The position numbers were made by a program, and so were the translations under genes. From an uncultured Mycoplasmatota bacterium (GTDB lineage: Bacteria; Bacillota_I; Bacilli_A; RF39; UBA660): a stretch of 59,443 nucleotides of DNA. Location of the stretch: contig CANPIX010000004.1 of NCBI GenBank assembly GCA_947574215.1, positions 1-59,443 on the forward strand, in the 5' to 3' direction. The notes under the pieces are model-generated. The model saw nothing but the letters and a program-made list of their open reading frames with translations, made no database searches and had not been told where the DNA came from. Of the stretch, positions 59,374 through 59,443 are shown piece by piece; the first letter of the stretch is position 1, and the number at the start of each line of letters is the position of its first letter.

Positions 59374-59443
59374 CAAGAATATAATATGATTGCAAAAAAA
59401 TTAATAAAAAAAGAGGATGCCAAATTCACATTTAAAGAAATTA

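Noticed and set aside
59386-59443. Possible start of a further gene (MIAKKLIKKEDAKFTFKEI...) at the window edge.
   Set aside because: Only 19 codons are visible and there is no convincing RBS, so it cannot be supported.

Overview
Low-GC chromosome segment (roughly 28-30 % GC by eye) from a spore-forming Bacillota, using the standard code 11. TGA is used as a stop and Trp is TGG. About 48 kb is housekeeping core. Its gene order parallels three Bacillus subtilis regions: radC-mreCD-spoIVFA/FB-rplU-ysxB-rpmA-obg, ruvAB-queA-tgt and spoVB-comN-relA-dtd. The core also carries recD2, mutS, nusB-xseAB-proS, spoIVB, def, murE and an ABC-F ATPase. Three things embedded in the core stand out. (1) A membrane-anchored cadherin-like protein overlaps a dockerin-bearing M6 metalloprotease (11.5-15.7 kb). 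(2) A complete secretin-less Tad/Flp pilus locus lies at 25.0-29.9 kb. (3) Directly after it is a 966-aa RpoD-like sigma factor whose C-terminal ~525 residues contain an extra region-4-like HTH and further degenerate copies (30.0-32.9 kb). The last 11 kb (48.1 kb to the window end) is accessory and is my best candidate for an undescribed system. It holds a leaderless ~2000-aa Rhs/YD-repeat polymorphic toxin with an unassignable C-terminal toxin tip. A phage tail-fibre-like gene precedes the toxin and two near-identical tandem immunity-like genes follow it. The toxin operon sits back to back with an orphan three-gene operon (secreted protein, holin, M15/ChW endolysin) that has no other phage genes around it. 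This suggests holin/endolysin-dependent (type-10-like) toxin release. No rRNA, tRNA, CRISPR array, transposase or integrase was recognised. All functional calls rest on motif recognition by eye; no database search was run.
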